Shown piece by piece: positions 35,119 through 43,800 of a stretch of 64,000 nt of DNA. Position numbers and translations under genes: made by a program. This DNA comes from Minisyncoccota bacterium (lineage in GTDB: Bacteria > Patescibacteriota > Minisyncoccia > Phycocordibacterales > UBA918), in assembly GCA_937975855.1 (NCBI GenBank), contig CALJTT010000003.1:26901-90900 (forward strand). The letters are read 5' to 3'. Under the pieces are notes generated by a model. It saw only the letters and a list, made by a program, of their open reading frames with translations. It ran no database searches and was not told the DNA's origin. Every line of letters begins with the position of its first letter. Position 1 is the first letter of the stretch.

Positions 35119-35579
35119 ATATGCAGGTTTCGAGTAAGCTGGTCAAGTTTTTTGTCACGGCGCAGATACTTTTCGTTGGTTGGTCCAGGTAGATGTAGCC
35201 AGCTCCAAACATGTTTCTTTGTGTCGTCGATTGAAAGCAGTCGGGCGCCGATCGATAGTACATTAGCATCATTGTGGGTACGACTGAGTAGGACGATGTT
35301 TGGCTCGTCGCTATACAAAACCGTCGCGCGTACACCAGGAAATCGATTTGCTAGCATAGCCTCCCCCTGCCCTGACCCGCCGAATATTATGGCGCGATCT
35401 TCAGTTGGATTTTTGGCCACAGCGTGCGCTGCTTTGACTATAAAGTCTGGGAAGTCGTCGTCATTGTCGTAAGTGTAGGCACCATAGTCAACAACATCAA
35501 AACCTTCGGCCGTCAGCCATTCGCTCACAGCATTTTTGTGGGCGAACCCAGCGTGATCAGTGGCAAGATGAATCTTCAT
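35115..35579 (-). CDS. rpiB: Ribose-5-phosphate isomerase B
   Basis: MKIHLATDHAGFAHK..., GGSGQGEAMLANRFPGVRA. The ATG overlaps the gap stop codon (TAATG). 4-nt overlap with rpe. Confidence 0.9.
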   Translation of the reverse strand: MKIHLATDHAGFAHKNAVSEWLTAEGFDVVDYGAYTYDNDDDFPDFIVKAAHAVAKNPTEDRAIIFGGSGQGEAMLANRFPGVRATVLYSDEPNIVLLSRTHNDANVLSIGARLLSIDDTKKHVWSWLHLPGPTNEKYLRRDKKLDQLTRNLHI

Positions 35580-36607
35580 TAAGATTTCATGTGACGCGCT
35601 GAAGCAGCAACGTGCTCTACCAGTGTCGATGTGTAACTGGTCTCGTTGTCGTACCAACCTAGAACCTTGACCAAGTTTCCTCCCACCACACGAGTGAATG
35701 AAAGGTCAGCGATAGACCCAACCCGTGAACCGATAATGTCACTTGACACAATTGGTTCGTCGGTGGCAGCAAAGATATTCTTCCAACGTGGGTCACCAGC
35801 AGCAGCAAGTAGGGCGTTGTTGATTTCTTCAACCGTTGTATCTCGAGAAGCAATGAACGTCACGTCGACGATTGATCCAACTGGTACCGGCACGCGCATA
35901 GCCATACCGTCGAACTTACCTTCTAGCTCTGGATGGGCCTTGGTTGTAGCAATTGCAGCACCAGTCGTTGTGGGAATAATATTAAGGGCAGCAGAACGTG
36001 ATTTACGGAAGTCTCCTTTTGATGGGCCATCGATCAATGACTGAGTCGAGGTGTAAGCATGAACAGTATTGAGGATTGCTTTTTCAATCCCAACAGCTTC
36101 CTTCAAAATCGCAATCAATGGACTGGTCGCGTTTGTTGTACAAGAAGCGTTAGAAGAAATATCACAAGTCTTCAGAGATTCTTCGTTTACACCCATGAGC
36201 ACAGTTGCTCCGTTCACGCCTGAAGCAGCCGGGTCGTCTTTAGCTGGGGCAGAAATCACAACTCGCCGAGCACCAGCATCCAGGTGTTGTTTCGAGTCTG
36301 CAAATTTAGAAAAGAAGCCAGTTGACTCTACAACAATGTCGATATTTAGCTCTCGCCATGGCAGCTTACTTGGCTCTCGTTCTGAGACAAATGTGATTTC
36401 GTTGTCGCCCACCTTTAACTTGTCGCCGACTACTTCTACTGGAAATGGCGCTCGTCCGTAAACAGAGTCGTATTTCAACAAGTAAGCCAGGTTGTCGAGA
36501 CTGCCGAGGTCGTTAATTGCAACGACTTCAAAGTCGTCATGCCCAAATGCTGTACGTAAAAACGTACGTCCAATTCTTCCAAATCCGTTGATTGCTACAC
36601 GAGTCAT
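35579..36607 (-). CDS. gap: Glyceraldehyde-3-phosphate dehydrogenase, type I
   Basis: RVAINGFGRIGR, SNASCTTN, WYDNE. Confidence 0.95.
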   Translation of the reverse strand: MTRVAINGFGRIGRTFLRTAFGHDDFEVVAINDLGSLDNLAYLLKYDSVYGRAPFPVEVVGDKLKVGDNEITFVSEREPSKLPWRELNIDIVVESTGFFSKFADSKQHLDAGARRVVISAPAKDDPAASGVNGATVLMGVNEESLKTCDISSNASCTTNATSPLIAILKEAVGIEKAILNTVHAYTSTQSLIDGPSKGDFRKSRSAALNIIPTTTGAAIATTKAHPELEGKFDGMAMRVPVPVGSIVDVTFIASRDTTVEEINNALLAAAGDPRWKNIFAATDEPIVSSDIIGSRVGSIADLSFTRVVGGNLVKVLGWYDNETSYTSTLVEHVAASARHMKS

Positions 36608-36659
36608 AAAAATAAATGATAGTTACTTATACCTGCCCTACAGTATACAAGCCAAGATT

Positions 36660-38294
36660 TTATGTGGCAGGGTTGTTATCCTCATCTTCGTCTCGATCTC
36701 TCTTGTAAAACAAGTACCAAAGAGACGCCAACGTTATAAATGGAACTAGAAGTAAGAGAGCCCACATCCAATACGCTGCTTGCCAATACCATTTCGCCAA
36801 GGTTGAACTGGTAGCGTTTGCCTCTCCATAGAAATTCACTGGTGTCTCGTAGCGACTGGCAACACGGGCGTCGTAGTCAAACACCTCAACTACGATAGCT
36901 GAAGGGCCAGCAAACATGATCGGGGCGATGGTTGCTTCGTACGCTTGTCGATCACTACTTTCACGTAGCAAAAACGAAAACGTATAACCTGAACCGCGCG
37001 GGTCGTAAATTGTGGCTACAATAGATTTGAATTGGCCGTCGATGGCTTCAATTGGCAACGAGATCGTAAACGGCTGGGTGCTGTCGAGCTCTAGTTCCTT
37101 GTTTGAAAATGCCCAAGTATCGTCTGTCTGAGTTACCGTAAAATCTCTGAGCCGAGGAAAACCTTCGTTTTCAAGAGTGCCTAACTGGGGCTGGTTTTCT
37201 TCTGTGGTTATAGTGACTCCTCCTCGACCGTCTTGAGTTGACGATTCACCTTGTCCCGCCGACGCTCCTGTAGAGCCGGCAAAACCACCTCTCGCGGCTG
37301 ACCTATCAACAACCGCTACTGCCCCAGAAGAAATCTGACCGTTCGGGTTGATCACAAATACTGAATAATAAACACGCGACCATTCGAGCAAAACGTTTTC
37401 GTCTCGAACTGTCTCTTGTCGCCCTTCATAGATAACAACGCCGTCATTTATGGATTGTGGGTAGCCAAAGTAATTACGCACTACGCGAACTGTCGCTCCA
37501 GGAAAAATGTCAGCCGGCAGTTCATAAGTTATGATGACATCATCTCCTTCCGGCGTGGCATTCAAGCGACTGACATTAGCTGGTGCAAAAGGAACCGAGT
37601 CATCCAGAGTTACAAAGGACCCTCGCTCCAGAACCGTCTGACCACCAGAGGGTGTGTAGCCTATAACTTCGTAATAATATTGCGTGGCAGGACTCAGATC
37701 ATCGAGCCAAACTGAGTGATCGGTTTTGTATTCGTTGCCAACAATATATGCAATCTCATAAGAACTGGTAAGGCCGATTCGCACTTCCACCTGAACGTTA
37801 CTATTTGTCTCCAGATTCAAAGCGGCGGTAGTAGTTCCAGGTATAACAACACTTGATTCCAAAATTACTCTAGCCTGAGTTGCTTCTCCGATACTCGGCT
37901 CAGGATCTGGTGGTATAAAAATATCAAGTGTAGACGTTGCTTCAGGCAAGGACAATATCGAATAGTTAGGAAACCCATCAAAAGCCGCCACTTCATAAAA
38001 ATAAGTCGTGGACGCCGACAGGCCGGTGTCGTTGTATGCTGTGGCCGTAGTGGTGGCAATAGCGAACCCGTCGCGGAAAACCACATAACCAAACACACCA
38101 AAGTTATCAGTCGAGGTCGACCAAGCAAGATTGATCTGGCTACTAGATACTGGCGTGATATTTTCGATAACTGGTGATGACGGGTCGATAGAATCAGTCG
38201 CGCCAAAGACTTTTATAGTAAAGTCGCTGGTTCCTTGCGCCCCAACCAACTGCGGCAGTAATAATATTAAAAATAGTGAAGCGAGTCTGATCAT
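36660..38294 (-). CDS. Secreted FN3-repeat protein with a C-terminal TM anchor
   Basis: Signal peptide MIRLASLFLILLLPQLVGA and three FN3-like modules (e.g. SSQINLAWSTSTDNFGVFGYVVFRDG...YFYEVAAFD). C-terminal helix WALLLLVPFITLASLWYLF + KRDRDEDED. ATGA overlap with the upstream gene. Confidence 0.75.
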   Translation of the reverse strand: MIRLASLFLILLLPQLVGAQGTSDFTIKVFGATDSIDPSSPVIENITPVSSSQINLAWSTSTDNFGVFGYVVFRDGFAIATTTATAYNDTGLSASTTYFYEVAAFDGFPNYSILSLPEATSTLDIFIPPDPEPSIGEATQARVILESSVVIPGTTTAALNLETNSNVQVEVRIGLTSSYEIAYIVGNEYKTDHSVWLDDLSPATQYYYEVIGYTPSGGQTVLERGSFVTLDDSVPFAPANVSRLNATPEGDDVIITYELPADIFPGATVRVVRNYFGYPQSINDGVVIYEGRQETVRDENVLLEWSRVYYSVFVINPNGQISSGAVAVVDRSAARGGFAGSTGASAGQGESSTQDGRGGVTITTEENQPQLGTLENEGFPRLRDFTVTQTDDTWAFSNKELELDSTQPFTISLPIEAIDGQFKSIVATIYDPRGSGYTFSFLLRESSDRQAYEATIAPIMFAGPSAIVVEVFDYDARVASRYETPVNFYGEANATSSTLAKWYWQAAYWMWALLLLVPFITLASLWYLFYKRDRDEDEDNNPAT

Positions 38295-39058
38295 AGCGGC
38301 AGTGCAGTTACAGTTGTCGTAGCATAATAAACGCCAGTCTCAACATTTGCTCCGCTGGAAATACCCACCCTAAAATGCACTGAAGTTGTCGCTCCTAGGG
38401 GATGATTAGATCCAACACCGCGAGCGATCTCAGTTGCACTAGTAGTCAGTCCAGTCCAGCAAGCAAACGCAGTGTCTCCAGTTCCGACACCACAGCTGGC
38501 GCCGTTGTCCTTATAAGCGCTGGCGATGTCGTCGCCCTCGGGAGTAAAGCCAAACTCGGCTGTCGCTGCCGGGACTGAGAACGTGAAGTCTGCACTACCG
38601 ACCTCTGTGTAGTCGGCAATAGAAGCACCGTCCGTTCGCTGCATCGCTGGATCATTTTCCGCTTCGATAGTCAGTTGATACCCGGCTGGGCTGTCGGTCA
38701 CAACTGTAAAGGTCGTAGAACCATTTGATGTACCGCCAGTTATTCCTGGCAAGTCTACATCCATCACAATCGGACCGCCCCCAGCTAGACTTAAAAAAAC
38801 TTCTTGCATTTGTTGGTAGCCTGCTTTTAGAGAAAAGTTCGTACTATCCGACGGACCGGTTGCGATCTCACCCACAGTGCTTTCTTGCACATACGAGGCA
38901 GAGTTGGAGAGTCCGCCGCCGACATTAATACTGTCGCTTTGCAATTGGTAATTATTACTACTGCGCACTTGTGCGTGCGACACAGAAAAACTACTTACCA
39001 ATAAAATTGTCACAACAAGACTGATACATGTTGTTGTAATAGCAAACGATAATCTCAT
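38291..39058 (-). CDS. Secreted beta-rich protein, paralog A of the locus (WxL-protein-like layout but no WxL motif)
   Basis: Signal peptide ...SFSVSHA|Q. Segments shared with the 244-aa paralog: GITGGTSNGSTTFTVVTDSPAGYQLTI, a C-x10-CW loop (CGVGTGDTAFACW), GATTSVHFRV...YYATTTVTALPL. Confidence 0.65.
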   Translation of the reverse strand: MRLSFAITTTCISLVVTILLVSSFSVSHAQVRSSNNYQLQSDSINVGGGLSNSASYVQESTVGEIATGPSDSTNFSLKAGYQQMQEVFLSLAGGGPIVMDVDLPGITGGTSNGSTTFTVVTDSPAGYQLTIEAENDPAMQRTDGASIADYTEVGSADFTFSVPAATAEFGFTPEGDDIASAYKDNGASCGVGTGDTAFACWTGLTTSATEIARGVGSNHPLGATTSVHFRVGISSGANVETGVYYATTTVTALPL

Positions 39059-39061
39059 GCG

Positions 39062-40051
39062 TTAGGCTTTTCGTTTAAATTCAAATGTTTTGAGGAACAA
39101 CCTGATCAAAAATACAACCATGAACACTACTCCAAAAATAAGTAACAGCAGTTTCCAAGGTAGCACCCAGAAAGTAACCTCTACAGTATCCAGTATATCA
39201 TCGTAGCCGCGGTTGACTGTCGCTTTGGCTGTGTAGCGTCCAAATAAAAATTCTCGATCCCAGGTTACTTCACGAGTACGGATGGACTGCGGCAGAACAA
39301 ACCACGGTTCCATTTCAACTCGACCGACCTCTTCACCAAAGACGTTGGCGATGGTTAGTTCTCCGTATGGGTTCACATGGATAGTACCGGTGTTTTCATA
39401 AGCGATAGCTAGTTTAATCGGCCCCGACTGGTACCACCATTGACTAGGTAAAGTTGAAAGGTCGATTGTTTCACCACTTCTACTTATATCTCCTTCTACA
39501 GTAAGAAAAACGTGTGAACCTACGCGGGCGATGATTGGATTGCGCGGCGCGACTTCATTTCCATCTTCACCCAATTGAACAGTTGATACCAATACACTAC
39601 CGTAGTAACCACCAGGCTCGGCGTCTGGAGGAACAGTAATGGTTACTGGGATGCGAGCACGCTCGCCAAGGTTCAAAGTAAAAGTGTCCTCAGGAAACGA
39701 AACGTAATCACGAATACTGTATGGTCCACGCTCTCCCTCGATGACTTGCAGCGCTGCGCTACCGTCGGCCGTACCAGAAATATCTTCTACCTGAAGTTTG
39801 AAAATTCGCTGCTCACTGATTCGGTTAGTAACCGTAACCTCGCGCACCATACTCTCGCCGGGCTTGAGAGAGACCTCTGCCCTACCAGGTCCGACTACAA
39901 AATCACCCACGTCAATTCGGCCAGAAATAGTTTCTGTGACATACCAAGGGTCTACAACCACGGGAGTAGTCAAAGGTTCATCCGTTTGTGCAAATACAAA
40001 AAATGGAGAAAAGGCTAGGAGTAATGTCGGCCAAACTCTCTTTGCGATCAT
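39062..40051 (-). CDS. Two-domain surface protein with a C-terminal TM anchor (DUF916/DUF3324-like, inferred)
   Basis: Signal peptide MIAKRVWPTLLLAFSPFFVFA and two beta-sandwich-like halves (GRAEVSLKPGESMVREVTVTN...; ARVGSHVFLTVEG...YENTGTIHVNPYGE). C-terminal WKLLLLIFGVVFMVVFLIRLF + KTFEFKRKA. The size and layout are those of WxL-cluster CscA-type proteins. Confidence 0.5.
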   Translation of the reverse strand: MIAKRVWPTLLLAFSPFFVFAQTDEPLTTPVVVDPWYVTETISGRIDVGDFVVGPGRAEVSLKPGESMVREVTVTNRISEQRIFKLQVEDISGTADGSAALQVIEGERGPYSIRDYVSFPEDTFTLNLGERARIPVTITVPPDAEPGGYYGSVLVSTVQLGEDGNEVAPRNPIIARVGSHVFLTVEGDISRSGETIDLSTLPSQWWYQSGPIKLAIAYENTGTIHVNPYGELTIANVFGEEVGRVEMEPWFVLPQSIRTREVTWDREFLFGRYTAKATVNRGYDDILDTVEVTFWVLPWKLLLLIFGVVFMVVFLIRLFLKTFEFKRKA

Positions 40052-40066
40052 ATCAACAAGGATACG

Positions 40067-40801
40067 CTAGAGGTTGTAGAGTGACAAGGTCGCTGTAGCC
40101 GTGTAAGTCTCAGCCACAGGTGTTGGCGTAGCTCCACTTGGCACAGTTACATTGAACTGGACTGAAGAAGTTGCTCCAGTGACAGCAGCGCTACTTCGTT
40201 CAACAATTCGAAAGGCAGCCGTATCTGGCGCTTTCCAACATGGGACCGTCTGTATTCCGCCGGTGTTACAGTCAGATCCGTCGTTTAGGAAAGACTGGTC
40301 TGTATCAAGCGTGCTGGACGAAGTTACTGTGTAAGCAAGCTGTGCAGAGGCACTAGTAGTGTAACCAAATGACGGTTCACCAGTAACGTCTCCCTCATAG
40401 TCGACAATAGCTTCACTTGCTGACACGTCTCCGATCATAGCTTCCGTCGTTCCGTTGTTAAAAAAGGCAATGTCAACATAGTATCCAGCGCCGTTGTTGG
40501 TTAGTACTACAAACTGAGTAGTCCCAGTAGCCTGTCCACCTGTAACACCACCAATGTCTCCAGTCATCGTTACGTCTGCCGGTTCTACCAAGAACGAGCT
40601 TTCAGCTGTGATAGTTTGTCGAATGATGAACTCTGAAGTGTCTTCCTGACTACGAGTAATTTGTGGCTCTAATATACTAAATAAAACTGCAAATCCAACT
40701 AGTGCACCGAAAGCAACGACGGTTGCATTTTGGGCAGCTGGGGTAATGTATGTGGCTTTCATACTACGTATAGTATCAGCTTTGGGGTTGACTTTACTCA
40801 T
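40067..40801 (-). CDS. Secreted/anchored beta-rich protein, paralog B of the locus
   Basis: N-terminal hydrophobic segment VVAFGALVGFAVLFSIL, GVTGGQATGTTQFVVLTNNGAGYYVDI, a C-x11-CW loop (CNTGGIQTVPCW), GATSSVQFNV...YTATATLSLYNL. Confidence 0.65.
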   Translation of the reverse strand: MSKVNPKADTIRSMKATYITPAAQNATVVAFGALVGFAVLFSILEPQITRSQEDTSEFIIRQTITAESSFLVEPADVTMTGDIGGVTGGQATGTTQFVVLTNNGAGYYVDIAFFNNGTTEAMIGDVSASEAIVDYEGDVTGEPSFGYTTSASAQLAYTVTSSSTLDTDQSFLNDGSDCNTGGIQTVPCWKAPDTAAFRIVERSSAAVTGATSSVQFNVTVPSGATPTPVAETYTATATLSLYNL

Positions 40802-40824
40802 ATGGAAGGGCTTGTTGGGGATAA

Positions 40825-43800
40825 TTAAACTGTTTCTTCCTCTACTATTTCGTCAGTTTCAACCGGTATTTCAGACTCTGATTCAACCAAATTTTCTTCC
40901 GGGACATTCTCGTCTATGACAACCTCTTCGTCAGAACTTTCAGCTGGAGACAGGGCTTCTTCTATGAGTGTCTCTGGTAACACTGATGCCGTAGTGGTCG
41001 CCTCTCCTTCAATCTCTTCAGGCATATTGACAACTACAGGATCCTCTTCGGCTTGTGTGTCAGTATTACTGGCGCTAATTGTAGCTGGTTCAGAGTCGAC
41101 TTCCTCAGCGATCACTCCCAACCCTTCCTCTTCACTTTCTATAACCGGCTCTGGGTCTTCTCCTATGACCGTAGGTGCACTTACACTTGTACCTAACTGC
41201 GACTCAATCGCCTCAAGGCGTGATCGCAAATCTTTGTTTTCTTTCTCTAACAAGTCCACCCTTTCTGTATTCCCCGTCACCACCTCCCACATCTCCCGCA
41301 ACGCCTCTAGGATGTAGAACGGTAGCGAACGGAAGTCCACCTGGCGGTACCCATCATTGTTGCGAGACACTAGTTCTGGGAACTGTTCTTCCACGTCTTG
41401 GGCGATTAAACCTGTGACTACACTAGCCTGACTCTTTTTGTACGTGTCGGCTGCTAGTTCGTTCCACTGGTATGTGACAGGGTCTAGGGCGACCAGACGT
41501 TCGATGTAGCTGCGGCCGTCGCTAGAGAGCGGGTCGATGTTCGTCTTTAGACGTTCGTCTGAGGTACAGGTTCCCCCGATATTTCCTCCAGCGAAGTCTT
41601 CGATGCAGCCGTTGGTACCGCTATTTCCGACACGGATATCTCCGTATACTTGAAGTTTTTGGGCGGGGGTGGTGGTGCCGATACCGATGTTGCCGGTAAT
41701 CAGATCTCCAAAGATAGCATCAGCAATATTCAACTGATGAGAAGCGGTAGGTGAAGTAGCCTCGACAGAGTAACCAATCAAAACATTGTCAGAACCAGTC
41801 TTGTGATTTCTACCTGCTTGGTGACCAATGAAAATATTATTGTCAGCACCAGTTTCTAGAGATAGGCCTGACTGATAACCAAAAGCTGTAAGATTTGCAA
41901 CTTCAGCACCAACTACCGCACCTCTACCAGTCTGGTATCCAAACACTGTAGCAGCAGTAGACGTCGAAATATTCCTAAGTGTATTGTAGCCAAAAGCAGA
42001 TACAAAGTTACTTGTGTTTTGGTATGCACTATTACGGCCAAAGGCAGAAACAGAGCTGCCTGTGTTTTCGAAGGCGCTATTTTGACCAAAAGCGGATACA
42101 AAGTCACCTTTGTTTTGGTATGCACTATTACGGCCAAAGGCAGAAACAGAGCTGCCTGTGTTTTGGTATGCACTAACTGTTCCAAATGCTGAAAGGCTGT
42201 CTCCTAAATTTTGGTAACCGGCCTCGGATCCTACAACCGTGATTTGATCACTCACAGTAGTAGAACCAGATTCATATCCAGCAAAGTATCCTAGCGCTAC
42301 ATTGTCCAAGCCTGTACCATTAAAAGAATTCCCTGCACTTACCCCCAAAGCGAGAGAATCAGAAGTCACGTTATAAATACCATCAGTCAGGTCATCTACA
42401 GACAGAGTCTCCGACAGAGCGCTACTGGCGTCAGTCCATTCTACACCAGAGCCATTTGACGAGAACAACTGCCCGACAGTACCAGCACTATAGGCATTGT
42501 CGTAAAGAGAGCCGGTCAGCATAGCATTCCCGTCGACAGTTAGTTTAGTGAAGGGAGTGGTGGTGCCGATGCCGATGTTGCCGGAAGAATCAATCGTCAA
42601 ACGTTCAATTGAATTTGTCCATAGTGAAAAATCATCGTCAGAATGGTTGTAGGCAAGTCTACCACGACTAGAGTTTTCTATATCACCAAAATAAATACTT
42701 CCCACAGCAGAGTTTCCGGACAAAATAGTCATACCAGCGTTTCCAGTTTGATCAATCAAAAAATCATCAGCAGAATTTGACGGATCTCTGCCTGTGGGAG
42801 AATTTTGTGTCTGGATATGAAGACCTGCAGCTGGACTACTTGTTCCAATCCCCACAAACCCCGTACTAAGATCACTAAAGAGAACGTTACCAATATTAAG
42901 CTCCTCCGAGGCTATGGGTGAAGAAGTCTCCGCGCTGTAACCAATCAAGATGTTGTCACTACCTGTAGTAACATTTTTTCCAGCCTCAAAACCAATAAAG
43001 AGATTATTGTCAGCGCCGGTCTGCAGGCTTCGTCCAGCACGGTAACCAAAAGCTGTAAGATTTGCCACTTCCGCCCCACCTAGGTCACCTTGCCCGGCCT
43101 GATAACCAAATACAGTAGCTGCCGTGGAAGTAGATATGTATCGAAGAGTACTGTGTCCGAAAGCAGAAACTCCAGTACCTACGTTTTTATAGGCACTGTT
43201 TACACCAACAGCAGTGAGAGCAGTGCCTGTATTATTAAAGGCGCTGTTTACTCCCATAGCCGTAAGACCATTTCCCCTATTACCTTCTCCAGCATTTACC
43301 CCCATAGCGGTGAGTGAGCCCCCCGTATTTGAAACAGCAGCGTTTACACCGATAGCAGTTGCGTTATCTCCTTTGTTAGAAAAAAGAGAGTTATATCCCA
43401 TAGCTGTATTGTCAGCGCCGGTGTTTTCGTACCCAGCCTGATATCCGATCAGCGTAATCCGATCTGAGTCAGTGGTACTTCCAGATTCAAAGCCAGCCTG
43501 GTATCCAATAGCGATGTTACCGAGGCCAGCTGCATTAAACGCGTTCCCAGCGTCCTCTCCCAGAGCTAGTGAGTCACTCGTACCGTTGTACAGCCCATCG
43601 GAGAGGTCATTGATTGCTAGCACGCCGGATAACGCCGCGTTAGCATCCACCCAATCAATGCCGGCCCCAGTGCTAGAAAGGAGCTGACCGTTAGTACCAG
43701 CGCTGTATGCGTTGTCATAGAGACCCCCAGTGAACATGGCGTCACCGGCGACGGTTAGTTTGGTGAAGGGGGTGGTGGTGCCGATTCCGATGTTGCCAGT

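Noticed and set aside
36608-36659. A possible terminator between the surface locus and gap (CCTGCC...GGCAGG pairing)
   Set aside because: It is a 6-bp stem with a ~30-nt loop spanning the stop codon and has no U-tract. That is not convincing.
41900-43450. A CRISPR-like or other non-coding repeat array, suggested by the regular 48-nt periodicity
   Set aside because: The repeats are in frame within a long ORF and encode a 16-aa beta-repeat. There is no spacer/repeat alternation and there are no cas genes.
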